A stretch of DNA of 41,308 bases from Candidatus Magasanikiibacteriota bacterium (GTDB taxonomy: Bacteria; Patescibacteriota; Minisyncoccia; UBA6257; GWB1-50-10). How positions within the stretch are numbered: the stretch's first letter is position 1; every line of letters begins with the position of its first letter. Under the pieces are notes generated by a model that was given only the letters and a program-made list of their open reading frames with translations, was not told the origin of the DNA and did no database searches. The position numbers and the translations under genes were made by a program. The stretch is taken from assembly GCA_042218035.1 (NCBI GenBank), contig JBDGRM010000022.1:1-41308 (forward strand), in the 5' to 3' direction. Below, piece by piece: positions 18,328-27,677 of the stretch.

Positions 18328-19596
18328 ATGATATTTCAAGATAACAAGCCTTTAAAAATAGCTGCTCTGGTATTACTCCTATTGGTAGGAGTTTATTTGG
18401 GATTTCAGGTTGGTGTTGAAAGAGGTAAACAGATTGAAAAATCAGAAGATTTACCTGTTTCAAAAAATTCGGCCCTGCAGGAAAATTTTTCCATGTTTTG
18501 GGAAGCAGTGGAAATAATAAAGGACAACTATTACAAGCCTAAAAAAATTAATGACAAAAAGCTGCTTTACGGCTCTATAGAAGGCGTGGTCAATTCTCTT
18601 GGCGATCCTTATTCCTCCTTTTTAAACCCAAGTGATGCTCAAAAATTCTCAGAGGATATGAGCGGAACTTTTGGTGGGATAGGAGCCAAGATGGGCGTCA
18701 AAGAGGGTCAACTCGTTATTGTTTCCCCATTAAAAGGAAATCCGGCCGAAAAAGAGGGGTTAAAATCTGGAGATAAAATTCTTAAAGTCAATGACAAACT
18801 TACTAATGATCTTTCTATTAAAGAGGCAGTGAAGTTAATTAGAGGTAAGGTGGGCACCAAGGTTGATTTGATGATAATGAGGGATGAATTTAAAAAGCCG
18901 AAGAAATTTACAATTACCCGAGGGAAAATTGAAATTCCAACGCTGGACTGGAAAATGAAAGAGGGCAATATCGCATATATGCAACTTTATAGTTTTAATG
19001 CAAAAGCAGCTTCGCGCTTTTCTGAAGCCTCTTTTCAGGCCTTGCTTGATGGAGCTCAAGGTATTATATTGGACCTGAGAAATAATTCCGGTGGATTTCT
19101 CAAGGTAGCACAGGATATAGCCGGATGGTTTCTTGAAAAAGGGGAGGTAGTTGTAAAAGAAAGGTTTCCTTCAGGCAGAGTAAAAAAGTTTCGAGCACAA
19201 GGAAATGGTGCCTGGGGTAAGTTCCCGATTGTAGTGCTAGTAAACGAGGGCTCAGCTTCCGCTTCTGAGATTGTAGCCGGTGCTCTTAGAGACCGGGCAG
19301 AAGCAACATTAGTCGGAGAAAATACTTTTGGAAAAGGGACTGTTCAAGAAGTAAAGTCTTTAAGTAATGGAGCCAAGATAAAGGTTTCTGTTGCGGAATG
19401 GGTGCTGCCTGATGGTGATACCATTCATAAAAAAGGACTAAAGCCTGGAGTTACTGTTCAATTAGATAAAAATATAGAGAAAGGGGAAGAGGATCCCCAA
19501 TTACAAGAAGCTCTGAGAATTATTAGAAGAAAAGCTCAGATGCAAAATATTAAACAGAATAAAGTTCTACCGTTTAGCGAAACATTAAATCTATAA
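18328..19596 (+). CDS. ctpA: S41 carboxyl-terminal processing protease (PDZ + peptidase)
   Basis: N-terminal TM, GDPYS, FGGIG, ILDLRNNSGG, SASASEI, TFGKGTVQ. Confidence 0.94.
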   Translation: MIFQDNKPLKIAALVLLLLVGVYLGFQVGVERGKQIEKSEDLPVSKNSALQENFSMFWEAVEIIKDNYYKPKKINDKKLLYGSIEGVVNSLGDPYSSFLNPSDAQKFSEDMSGTFGGIGAKMGVKEGQLVIVSPLKGNPAEKEGLKSGDKILKVNDKLTNDLSIKEAVKLIRGKVGTKVDLMIMRDEFKKPKKFTITRGKIEIPTLDWKMKEGNIAYMQLYSFNAKAASRFSEASFQALLDGAQGIILDLRNNSGGFLKVAQDIAGWFLEKGEVVVKERFPSGRVKKFRAQGNGAWGKFPIVVLVNEGSASASEIVAGALRDRAEATLVGENTFGKGTVQEVKSLSNGAKIKVSVAEWVLPDGDTIHKKGLKPGVTVQLDKNIEKGEEDPQLQEALRIIRRKAQMQNIKQNKVLPFSETLNL

Positions 19597-19601
19597 AAAA
19601 T

Positions 19602-20123
19602 ATGGCTAAGAAAAAAATAAAAGTTATATTACTTGATAACGTTCCTGACTTAGGATCTAAATATGATGTAGAAGAGGTCGCTATGGGTTATTTTAGAAAT
19701 TATCTACTTCCGAAAGGGTTGGCAAAGCCTGCTACTGAAGAAGCTCTTGAAAGCCTGGAAGAGAAAAAGAAAAAATGGGAAAAACAAAAACAGGAAAGAG
19801 TTGAAGAGCTCAAAAAGAAGGTTGGCCAGATTGAAAGTAAGACATTTTCTTTTGAGGTTAAAACTGGAGAAGAGGGCCAGGTATACAGCTCCGTCTCAAG
19901 CGCTGATATTAAAGAAAGGTTGTCAGAAGAAGGCTTAGTCGAAAATGTCTCTGTAAAAATAGGCAATCCCATAAGAGAGATAGGAGAGCATGAAGTAAAG
20001 CTTAATTTAGGTGAAGGAGTAAACGCTTATATGTCTATCCTGATAAAACCTGAAGATGGATCTATTGAGGACTACAAAGAAAAAGAGCCATCTCAAGATG
20101 GCTCTGAAGAAGAGGAAAAATAG
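19602..20123 (+). CDS. rplI: 50S ribosomal protein L9 with acidic tail
   Basis: KVILLDNVPDLG...GYFRNYLLPKGLA, GQVYSSV, PIREIGEH. Confidence 0.93.
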   Translation: MAKKKIKVILLDNVPDLGSKYDVEEVAMGYFRNYLLPKGLAKPATEEALESLEEKKKKWEKQKQERVEELKKKVGQIESKTFSFEVKTGEEGQVYSSVSSADIKERLSEEGLVENVSVKIGNPIREIGEHEVKLNLGEGVNAYMSILIKPEDGSIEDYKEKEPSQDGSEEEEK

Positions 20124-20159
20124 CACTCCTTTTTTATTGATTAAAAGAAATAGCGTTAC

Positions 20160-20432
20160 TTACACTACGTTAACTACTTTCACTTTCTTTTGGGAGCCGT
20201 CGAAATTGGTTTTTTTCTTTGTTTCAAACTTAACGGTACCTCCTTCTTTAGCATATAAAGTGTCATCACCCCCTTTCTTAACATTTAAACCGGGGTGATA
20301 TTTAGTTCCTCTTTGTTTTATAATTACATTACCAGGATCAGCAGATTCACCGTCAAAAAGTTTTACACCTAATCTTTTTGATTTAGAATCTCCTGAACCC
20401 TCATAACCTCCTTTTTCTTTTACTTCTGCCAT
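20160..20432 (-). CDS. rpmA: 50S ribosomal protein L27
   Basis: [36 protein letters not shown]. Confidence 0.93.
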   Translation of the reverse strand: MAEVKEKGGYEGSGDSKSKRLGVKLFDGESADPGNVIIKQRGTKYHPGLNVKKGGDDTLYAKEGGTVKFETKKKTNFDGSQKKVKVVNVV

Positions 20433-20503
20433 TTTATTTTATTTAGTATTTAAAAAGTATAATTTTGCCAACCTCAATAGAAATTTAAACATATAGAAAC
20501 TCC

Positions 20504-20671
20504 ATGTCAATTTTTGAGAAGCTGAATATTGAAATTAATATAGACAAAGATTGGATTATAGCAATAATGATAGTAGCTCTTATCGGCTCGGCTTCATTTG
20601 GTGGTGGATATCTCTTTGGGGTGCAGAAAGACCCATCTCCTATAATAATAAAGAGATGTAATAAAAGTTAA
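20504..20671 (+). CDS. small single-TM protein (55 aa, absent from the ORF track)
   Basis: MSIFEKLNIEINIDKDWIIAIMIVALIGSASFGGGYLFGVQKDPSPIIIKRCNKS*; fills the intergenic gap and has a clean TM helix. Confidence 0.7.
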   Translation: MSIFEKLNIEINIDKDWIIAIMIVALIGSASFGGGYLFGVQKDPSPIIIKRCNKS

Positions 20672-20683
20672 CTTAACTTAATT

Positions 20684-21415
20684 ATGAACCAAAACCAAGA
20701 AAAGGAAGACACTAAAACTATGAAAGGGCTTTTTACGATAGGAAAGTTTGACCAATACAGAACAGTGGAGGAGTTGATAAAAAGGTCAAAATCCGACGGT
20801 TTTTACTACACCTTGTTAGTCCTTTCGAGTTTAATTGTTGCCGCTGGGCTTCTTTTGTCTAACGCACCTATAGTAATGGGAGGTATGATCGTAACTCCTC
20901 TTATCACCCCTATTCTTCTAGTTTCTCTAGGTATATCAATAGGAGACTTTAAACTTATAAAAAGAGTAAGCCTGTTTTTGGGAAAATCTATTATTGTTAT
21001 AGCAGGAGTTTCTTTTTTGGTGGGAGTTCTTTTTGGAAAGACAGGCAATGATCCTACTGATCTTTTTTCTTTAGCTGATAATTTAAACGGAGCCGCTCTA
21101 TACTTTTTAGTTGCATTAGTCTCCGGATTCGTAGCAGCTTTTACCTGGACTAGAAAAGGCTTGAGCAGGATAATGCCGGGAATTGCCATAGCAGTAGCGC
21201 TTATACCGCCACTTTCTCTCATAGGGGTAGGTTTTAGTTTTTTTGATGTAGAGATGATACGCTCAAACTTTCTTTTGTTTTTCTTTAATTTAATAGGAAT
21301 AACTTTGGGGGCTACTTTAGTTTTTTCACTTTTTCGTTTTCATGAAGTTGAGGAGAAAGTAGAAAGAGAAGTTGAAAACCAAAAAGAAGAAGAGGTCATT
21401 GAGGAAAGTGAATAA
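20684..21415 (+). CDS. DUF389/TIGR00341-like membrane protein
   Basis: AAGLLLSNAPIVMGGMIVTPL, PGIAIAVALIPPL, multiple TM helices. Confidence 0.88.
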   Translation: MNQNQEKEDTKTMKGLFTIGKFDQYRTVEELIKRSKSDGFYYTLLVLSSLIVAAGLLLSNAPIVMGGMIVTPLITPILLVSLGISIGDFKLIKRVSLFLGKSIIVIAGVSFLVGVLFGKTGNDPTDLFSLADNLNGAALYFLVALVSGFVAAFTWTRKGLSRIMPGIAIAVALIPPLSLIGVGFSFFDVEMIRSNFLLFFFNLIGITLGATLVFSLFRFHEVEEKVEREVENQKEEEVIEESE

Positions 21416-21424
21416 AACTACAGG

Positions 21425-21452
21425 TTGCTTTTTTAATTTTTAATGGTAAAAT
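21425..21452 (+). promoter_or_regulatory. sigma70 promoter
   Basis: TTGCTT-N16-TAAAAT with extended TG. Confidence 0.5.
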
Positions 21453-21492
21453 TCAATAAACTCATTTAATAATTGCTCTGGTTCTTATAAAG

Positions 21493-21981
21493 ATGGCTAA
21501 AAAGACATTTAACACCTCTTCAGGTTTGCAACTGGATATCTCTGAAGTCTCAGCTCAGATAACCGATTTTATCCAAGATTCGCCTCAAAAATCTTACAAA
21601 GTCATAATAGGAACGGACTCTGAAGGGATAAAGGAGAACAAAGCTGATTTTGTAACTGCAATCGTTGTTTATAGAAAAGGTAGAGGAGGACGTTATTTTT
21701 GGAGAAGGCTAGAGAAAAAAGAAGATTACTTTAATATGAGAGAAAGAATTTTAAAAGAAGTGATGCTTTCTCTTGAGGCAGCCAAAAACATTGTGGGTTC
21801 ACTTGAAGAAAAGATAGAATCTAGAAATTGGGACTTTGAAATACATGTCGATGTAGGCACACAAGGACCCTCTAGAAAGCTTATAAAAGAGGTTGTTGGT
21901 ATGATTAGAGCAAATGACTTTGAGGCAAAAACAAAACCGGAAAGTTATGCTGCAAGTTCCGTGGCTGACAGACACGTATAG
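21493..21981 (+). CDS. RNase H-like YkuK (DUF458) family protein
   Basis: IIGTDS, FVTAIVVYR.GRGGRYF, EIHVDVG, KPESYAASSVADRH. Confidence 0.88.
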   Translation: MAKKTFNTSSGLQLDISEVSAQITDFIQDSPQKSYKVIIGTDSEGIKENKADFVTAIVVYRKGRGGRYFWRRLEKKEDYFNMRERILKEVMLSLEAAKNIVGSLEEKIESRNWDFEIHVDVGTQGPSRKLIKEVVGMIRANDFEAKTKPESYAASSVADRHV

Positions 21982-22092
21982 CAAAAGATGCGAAGTTTCC
22001 AAGCTTTCATCAAAACCAGCACTCAAACTTTAAAAAAGACAAACTAAAAAACCTTTATTACTTGAGACATTTAATCTAAAGTTTAGATAATT

Positions 22093-22662
22093 ATGAGTAA
22101 AATAGTTTTTGATTTAGAAACAAAAAATTCGTTCAATGATGTAGGCGGAAGAGATAATTTAGAAGACTTGAAAGTTTCCGTAGTGGGTGTTTATTCGTAT
22201 GAAAAGGATAGTTACATGTGCTTTGAAAATGAAGAAATTGATGAGCTAGCGCCTCTTATGCAAAATGCAGACCCATTAATAGGGTTTTCAAGTAAAACAT
22301 TTGATGTTCCTGTTTTGGATAAGTATTTTAATTATAAACTGAGCGCTGTTCCTCATTTTGATATTTTAGAAAAGTTAGAACAAAAGTACGGAAGCAAAGT
22401 AGGTTTAGGTGACTTGGGAAAAGCAAATTTGGGACTGGATAAAAGTGAAGTATCCGGACTGAAGGCTATTGAGCTTTACAAGAACGGAGAAATGGAAAGG
22501 CTGAAAAAGTATTGTATTCAAGATGTAAGAATTACAAAACAACTGTTTGATCAAATAATATCAAAAGAACACTTGCTTATTCCCAGAAAAAATAAACCTA
22601 CTGAAGAAAAAGTTGAAATAAAATTTGAAGATACCCAGAAACCTCAAAAACAACTAATATGA
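22093..22662 (+). CDS. YprB-like RNase H-fold/DEDD exonuclease domain protein
   Basis: VFDLET, IGF...FDVPVL, HFDIL, YCIQDVRIT. Confidence 0.82.
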   Translation: MSKIVFDLETKNSFNDVGGRDNLEDLKVSVVGVYSYEKDSYMCFENEEIDELAPLMQNADPLIGFSSKTFDVPVLDKYFNYKLSAVPHFDILEKLEQKYGSKVGLGDLGKANLGLDKSEVSGLKAIELYKNGEMERLKKYCIQDVRITKQLFDQIISKEHLLIPRKNKPTEEKVEIKFEDTQKPQKQLI

Positions 22663-22877
22663 AAGATAAAATAAAAAAAGGAGTAGTCTTTTTTCTTGCA
22701 ATTCTTATGGTTTTTGCATTTTCACCATTTTTATTTCTAAGCCCGAATTCGCAAACAAGCCCTCAACAGAATTCTCCTAGCTCAAAACAAAAAAGAGACA
22801 AGCAAGTGGATCCGAACAATTACAATAAGTCTTCTACTTCTACTAATCGAAAGACTAATTCACAGGATGTCTACTAA
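22659..22877 (+). CDS. small membrane-anchored hypothetical protein
   Basis: ATGA overlap with the previous stop, N-terminal TM helix, polar tail. Confidence 0.6.
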   Translation: MKDKIKKGVVFFLAILMVFAFSPFLFLSPNSQTSPQQNSPSSKQKRDKQVDPNNYNKSSTSTNRKTNSQDVY

Positions 22878-24392
22878 GCTATTCCCACTCATTTCTCGCG
22901 GTTTTTTAATATTCATTAAGTCGAGTACTGTAGGGGCTATGTCTGAAAGCATACCTACTTTTGGAATTTTTCTGTTCTCTGAAGACCGTCTTTCGAACTC
23001 TTTTCCAACGAGGTGAATAGGAACGGGATTGGTACTATGTTCCGTTTCTTCTTTTCCTGTTTGGGGGTCAAATAAACGTTCTCCGTTTCCATGATCGGAT
23101 GTTATTAATAAATTAGCCTCTTTATTAAGAGCTGCCTTTACCAGTTTTGATAACTGTTGGTCTAAGAACTCTACCGCATCTATTGTTGGTTGATATTCAC
23201 CTGTATGAGCCATTATGTCTACGTTTGCATAATTTATTAACATAAAAGAAAAATTACCCTCCTCTAGAGAAAGAATAGCTCTATCTGTTATTTCGCGTGC
23301 TTTCATGCGAGGATTTTCCGATTTGTCAGCCAAGTCATCAGAAGGAAGAAGTATTCTGTACTCATTCTCAAATGTCTTGTTTTTAACTCCATTAAAAAAG
23401 TAAGTTATGTTTTCTTCCTTTTCGGTTTCGGTTATTTTTATTTGCATTTTTTGGTTTTTTGACAGAACTTCACATAAAGTATTCTCTACTTTTGTCCTTT
23501 CAAAAGCAACATGAGAAGATACTTCAGATCCGTAATTAGTCATTGTAGTTATAGAAAGATTTTTAAGGTCTTTTATGGGAAATTTTTGAAAATTATTATT
23601 TGAAAAGCTTTGAGCAAGCTGGTTAATACCATCCTTTCTCAGATTAAAAAATATTAAAGCATCCCCTTCCTTAACAGCTCCACCTTCATGAATAGTAGTA
23701 GGTTTTATGTAATTCTCCTTTAAATCTTTTTGTTTGCTATTTTTAAAAACTTCGTTAACCTTTTTGGTTTTTGTTTGGCCGGTCATTGCTTCATATACTT
23801 TTTTCGTTTTCTCCCAATTTTTATTTTGATCCAGCGCATAGTATTTACCTGACAAGCTACCAATCTTCCCCGTCTTATGTTTTTGGGTTTCATCTCTTAT
23901 TTCTTTTATCAATTTGGGGATGGGCTCAGGAGAAGAGGGAGCCTCATCTAAAAAGAGATGGAGATAAACTCTTGATACATTTTCTTTTTTTGCCATCTGA
24001 AGTAAGGCTTTTAAATGATCAATTGAAGCATGAATTGAACCCTTTGTAAGCAACCCGGCTAAGTGTAGGCTTGAGCTGTTTTTTTTAACGTGTTTAAAGG
24101 ATTTTTTTAAGGCTTTATTTTTAAAGAATTTCCCGTTTTCTATTGATTTGTTAATTTTTTTATAGTGTTGATCAACCACTCTTCCTGCTCCCAATGTTAG
24201 GTGACCTACTTCGCTAGTGCCCTTTTCTCCCCAGGGGAGCCCAACTGAAAGACCACTTGCCTTCAGAGAGCCAACCGGAAAGTTTTTCATTAAATAATCA
24301 ATAGTTTCAGTTTTAGCAGTATAAATTGGGTTAACTTCATCTTCCTGACCTATTCCCCAACCATCTAATATTACCATTATCGTATTTTTCAT
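22860..24392 (-). CDS. gpmI: 2,3-bisphosphoglycerate-independent phosphoglycerate mutase family protein (substrate site degenerate)
   Basis: ILDGWG, SEVGH, ETEK, NVDIMAHTG, TSDHGN, HSTNPVP, DIAPT. Confidence 0.88.
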   Translation of the reverse strand: MKNTIMVILDGWGIGQEDEVNPIYTAKTETIDYLMKNFPVGSLKASGLSVGLPWGEKGTSEVGHLTLGAGRVVDQHYKKINKSIENGKFFKNKALKKSFKHVKKNSSSLHLAGLLTKGSIHASIDHLKALLQMAKKENVSRVYLHLFLDEAPSSPEPIPKLIKEIRDETQKHKTGKIGSLSGKYYALDQNKNWEKTKKVYEAMTGQTKTKKVNEVFKNSKQKDLKENYIKPTTIHEGGAVKEGDALIFFNLRKDGINQLAQSFSNNNFQKFPIKDLKNLSITTMTNYGSEVSSHVAFERTKVENTLCEVLSKNQKMQIKITETEKEENITYFFNGVKNKTFENEYRILLPSDDLADKSENPRMKAREITDRAILSLEEGNFSFMLINYANVDIMAHTGEYQPTIDAVEFLDQQLSKLVKAALNKEANLLITSDHGNGERLFDPQTGKEETEHSTNPVPIHLVGKEFERRSSENRKIPKVGMLSDIAPTVLDLMNIKKPREMSGNSLVDIL

Positions 24393-24470
24393 ACTGATTC
24401 CATTTTATCAAATTTTGTTCTTAGAAACAGCCTTTTGTTTTTCCCTTTGATAAGGGTGAATGCATATTTA

Positions 24471-24499
24471 TTGACGGGGTTTCTCTTTTTAACTACCAT
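24471..24499 (+). promoter_or_regulatory. sigma70 promoter for rny
   Basis: TTGACG-N17-TACCAT. Confidence 0.55.
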
Positions 24500-24561
24500 G
24501 CAATTAAGCCGTTTAAAGAGTTTTAAAATGTCGATATTTAATCAATCCATCGAAAAAAATT

Positions 24562-26088
24562 ATGTTAAGCCCCAACCTTTTGTTGGTGGTAGTGGCTTTA
24601 ATAGCAGGCATTGGAGGTGGATATTTTCTCGACACCTTTTTGGCAGACTCCAAAAAAGAATCCGCACGTCAAAAGGCAGAGAAAAAATTAGAAGAAGCGG
24701 AAGAAAAAGCAAAAGATATAGTTTTAGAAGCGAAAGATAAAGCTGCGGAGATACTTTCAGAAATACAAGATGAAAAGAAGGAACAGAAAGAAGAACTTAA
24801 AGAAAGAGAAGAGAGGTTAGACAAAAGAGAAGAAAGAATAGAAGAGGAGAGAAAAGAGATAGACAAGGAAAAAGAGGAATATGAAGAAAAACTTGAAAAG
24901 GTAGAAAAGAAAGAAAAAAAGATAGAGGAGATGAGAGAAGATTTGAATAGTAAACTGGAAGAGATGGCCGAACTCTCCAAAGAAGAAGCTAAAGAGCAAT
25001 TGATGGAAGAGATAGAAGAAGAGTATCGAGAAGAGATTTCCAAGAAAATGATAGATTTGGAAAACGAGAAAAAAGAAAAAATTAAGGAAAAAAGCCTTGA
25101 AATAGTCACTTCCGCCATTCAAAGATACTCTAGAGATCACATAAGTGATATAACCACGACTACAATTTCTATCCCGGATGAAGACATGAAAGGCAAAATA
25201 ATCGGCAGAGACGGAAGAAACATCCGGGCCTTTGAAAGACAAACAGGAGTAGAGGTGATAGTTGATGATGCCCCGGAAAGCATTACATTATCCTCCTTTA
25301 ATCCGTTAAGAAGAGAGCTTGCAAAAATTGCTATGAAAAAGCTTATAGATGACGGAAGAATTCAACCTGCCCGAATTGAAGAAAAGGTAGAAGAGGCTCG
25401 AGAGGAATTGGAGAATCACATAGATAAAGTAGGAGAGGAGGCGGCATATGAGGCGGGTGTACTTGATTTACCTGATGAGATTATCCACTTACTCGGGAAA
25501 TTAAAGTACAGAACCAGTTATGGTCAGAACGTTTTAGATCACTCGATTGAAATGACTCATATTGCAGGAACTATAGCTGCTGAACTTGGAATAGATGTAG
25601 AAACAACAAAAAAAGCGGCCCTCCTCCATGATATAGGTAAGGCCATCGACCATGAGGTGGAAGGAACTCATGTTGAATTAGGCCGAAAACTTCTAAAAAA
25701 GTATGATATAGAAGAAGAAGTTATAAAAGGCATGGAGTCGCACCACGAAGATTACCCCTTCGCTACTCCAGAATCTTACATAGTGGCTGCTGCAGATGCA
25801 ATTTCGGGAGCTCGTCCTGGGGCTCGAAGGGATACACTTGATGAGTACCTTGAAAGAATAGAGGAGATAGAAAATATAGCCAATGAATTTGAAGAGGTGG
25901 AAAAAGCCTATGCCCTTTCAGCCGGTAGAGAAGTAAGGGCGTTTGTGGTGCCGGAAGAGGTCGATGATTATGGTACACTTCAACTTGCAAACAAGATATC
26001 CAATAAGCTTCAATCTGACGTACAGTACCCCGGAGAAATTAAAGTAACTGTAATCAGGGAGGTAAGAGCAGTTGAACACGCCAAGTAG
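24562..26088 (+). CDS. rny: ribonuclease Y
   Basis: N-terminal TM, coiled coil, KH (KGKIIGRDGRNIR), HD (RTSYGQNVLDH, LLHDIGK), RPGAR. Confidence 0.96.
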   Translation: MLSPNLLLVVVALIAGIGGGYFLDTFLADSKKESARQKAEKKLEEAEEKAKDIVLEAKDKAAEILSEIQDEKKEQKEELKEREERLDKREERIEEERKEIDKEKEEYEEKLEKVEKKEKKIEEMREDLNSKLEEMAELSKEEAKEQLMEEIEEEYREEISKKMIDLENEKKEKIKEKSLEIVTSAIQRYSRDHISDITTTTISIPDEDMKGKIIGRDGRNIRAFERQTGVEVIVDDAPESITLSSFNPLRRELAKIAMKKLIDDGRIQPARIEEKVEEAREELENHIDKVGEEAAYEAGVLDLPDEIIHLLGKLKYRTSYGQNVLDHSIEMTHIAGTIAAELGIDVETTKKAALLHDIGKAIDHEVEGTHVELGRKLLKKYDIEEEVIKGMESHHEDYPFATPESYIVAAADAISGARPGARRDTLDEYLERIEEIENIANEFEEVEKAYALSAGREVRAFVVPEEVDDYGTLQLANKISNKLQSDVQYPGEIKVTVIREVRAVEHAK

Positions 26089-26193
26089 TGTAAAATACTT
26101 TGAGTATGTTATTATTAAGATAGATAAAAAGCCTAACAAAGGTCGATGCAAAATAATCAGTGACGAGTAGGGTTTACTCGTTACTTTAAAAGG

Positions 26194-26469
26194 ATGAATA
26201 AAACGGAATTTATAGAGGCAATTTACGAACGAACAGATCTTGATTCAAAGGCACAAACAAAAAGAGCTGTAAACGCAGTATTTGACGAAATTACAGAAAC
26301 GCTTGCCGAGGGAGGAACAGTAAATATTACAGGTTTTGGAAAATTTGAAGTAACTGAAAGAGCTGCCAGAAAAGGAGTTAATCCTCAAACAGGAGAAGAA
26401 ATGGAAATTCCGGCTTCAAACCTACCGAAATTTAGAGCCGGGAAATCTCTAAAAGAAGCTGTCGAATAA
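26194..26469 (+). CDS. hup: DNA-binding protein HU
   Basis: MNKTEFI, GFGKF, RAARKGVNPQTGE, PKFRAGKSLKEAV. Confidence 0.96.
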   Translation: MNKTEFIEAIYERTDLDSKAQTKRAVNAVFDEITETLAEGGTVNITGFGKFEVTERAARKGVNPQTGEEMEIPASNLPKFRAGKSLKEAVE

Positions 26470-26491
26470 AACAAAAAGAATTATAAAAATT

Positions 26492-26525
26492 AGAAAAACC
26501 CCCTTTCAAGGGGGTTTTTCTTTTT
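26492..26525. terminator. bidirectional intrinsic terminator
   Basis: AGAAAAACCCCCTT-TC-AAGGGGGTTTTTCT between convergent genes. Confidence 0.88.
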
Positions 26526-26544
26526 GGTCCTTTAAATTTGTGAC

Positions 26545-27672
26545 CTAATTTTTGAGTAACTCCCTCACAAAGTTACTCATCTCTATAAAAACCTGGTAGC
26601 CATCCTTTATGTTTTTTAAGGATGATTCTACCAAGGTTTTTACAGATTTATTACTTCTACTTTCCATTTTCATATTATTAGAAGTTGTTGAGGCTGTTTT
26701 CGGAGCACTTTTTGAACTTGTAGAATGTGTTTTGCTTTTCTGGGTTGAGGTACTGAAATCTTCGCTAGTGGTAGTATTTTTAATAGAGGGGGATGATGTT
26801 GAGGTGTCTAAACTATCATTAGTTTTTTGAGGCAAGGTAGAAGACCCCTGGTTAGAATCTGAAGTCATTTTGCTGGTGGTTGTGTTGCTACTGTTGGTGG
26901 TAGTAGGCACTTTAACAGACCTTGTTGTAGTGGCCTTTTCTTCTGTGCTGGGTTTAGTAGAGGAGGTAGTGGAAGTTGAACGATGAGAAGGGGTAGAGGT
27001 GCTGGTTTTTTCTTCAATTTTTTCTAAGAACAATTCCATCGCCTTCTTCTTTTGCTCCACACCTTTATTTATAAATTTCTTTGATTTTTTCAAAAACTTA
27101 TTTAACTTTGGGCTGTCATAACCAGCTCTTTCCAACAACTTTACATCTTGCTTAACTTTACTCCATCTCTTTTGGGCAGTCTTCACTATCTTTTCTTCTT
27201 GTTTAATCATAAGAAGATTCTGTACCTCTCTTCTGAGATCATCATAATAATCTTGTCTCCATTTTTTTATTTCTTTAGCCAGTCCCTTAACCTCCCCAAG
27301 ATCCAATTGGTTTTCTTTCTTGTCTATAAATTTTTTCTTTTTATTGAAGTATTCTATTGCCTCTTCGAGTTTGCTTATAGTATCATTCCTCCACTTAATA
27401 ATTTTTTTATTTTTTAGATTCAAAGCCAATAAACTAATCTTCAAATTTTTTGCTTCAGATTTTGAGAGTTCAATAACATTTTTTAGGGTTTTAATTCGCA
27501 AACCTAAGCTTAAAGAGCTATTTTCATCTTTAGCTTGAATTAACTTATCTACACTATTTTTTGTTTTCTTTAAATCCTTTTTTATTTGAGGCGACTGAGC
27601 CATAGCAATCCCGGAAAAAAGAGGAGCGGTTAAAAACAAAGCTAATATAAATTGTAAAACTCTTCTTTTCAT
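26545..27672 (-). CDS. secreted coiled-coil protein with an internal Ser/Thr-rich linker
   Basis: Signal peptide MKRRVLQFILALFLTAPLFSGIAMA|Q, K-rich helices, ~120-aa S/T-rich stretch. Confidence 0.8.
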   Translation of the reverse strand: MKRRVLQFILALFLTAPLFSGIAMAQSPQIKKDLKKTKNSVDKLIQAKDENSSLSLGLRIKTLKNVIELSKSEAKNLKISLLALNLKNKKIIKWRNDTISKLEEAIEYFNKKKKFIDKKENQLDLGEVKGLAKEIKKWRQDYYDDLRREVQNLLMIKQEEKIVKTAQKRWSKVKQDVKLLERAGYDSPKLNKFLKKSKKFINKGVEQKKKAMELFLEKIEEKTSTSTPSHRSTSTTSSTKPSTEEKATTTRSVKVPTTTNSSNTTTSKMTSDSNQGSSTLPQKTNDSLDTSTSSPSIKNTTTSEDFSTSTQKSKTHSTSSKSAPKTASTTSNNMKMESRSNKSVKTLVESSLKNIKDGYQVFIEMSNFVRELLKN

Positions 27673-27677
27673 GATTT

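Noticed and set aside
18236-18463. Long start of the minus-strand hypothetical protein
   Set aside because: Overlaps the ctpA start head to head; the downstream ATGs at 18235/18232 fit better
24669-25242. Long S/F-rich antisense ORFs opposite rny (similar ones oppose smc, rpsP, the ATPase and uvrA/B)
   Set aside because: Shadow frames produced by GAA/AAA-rich sense codons
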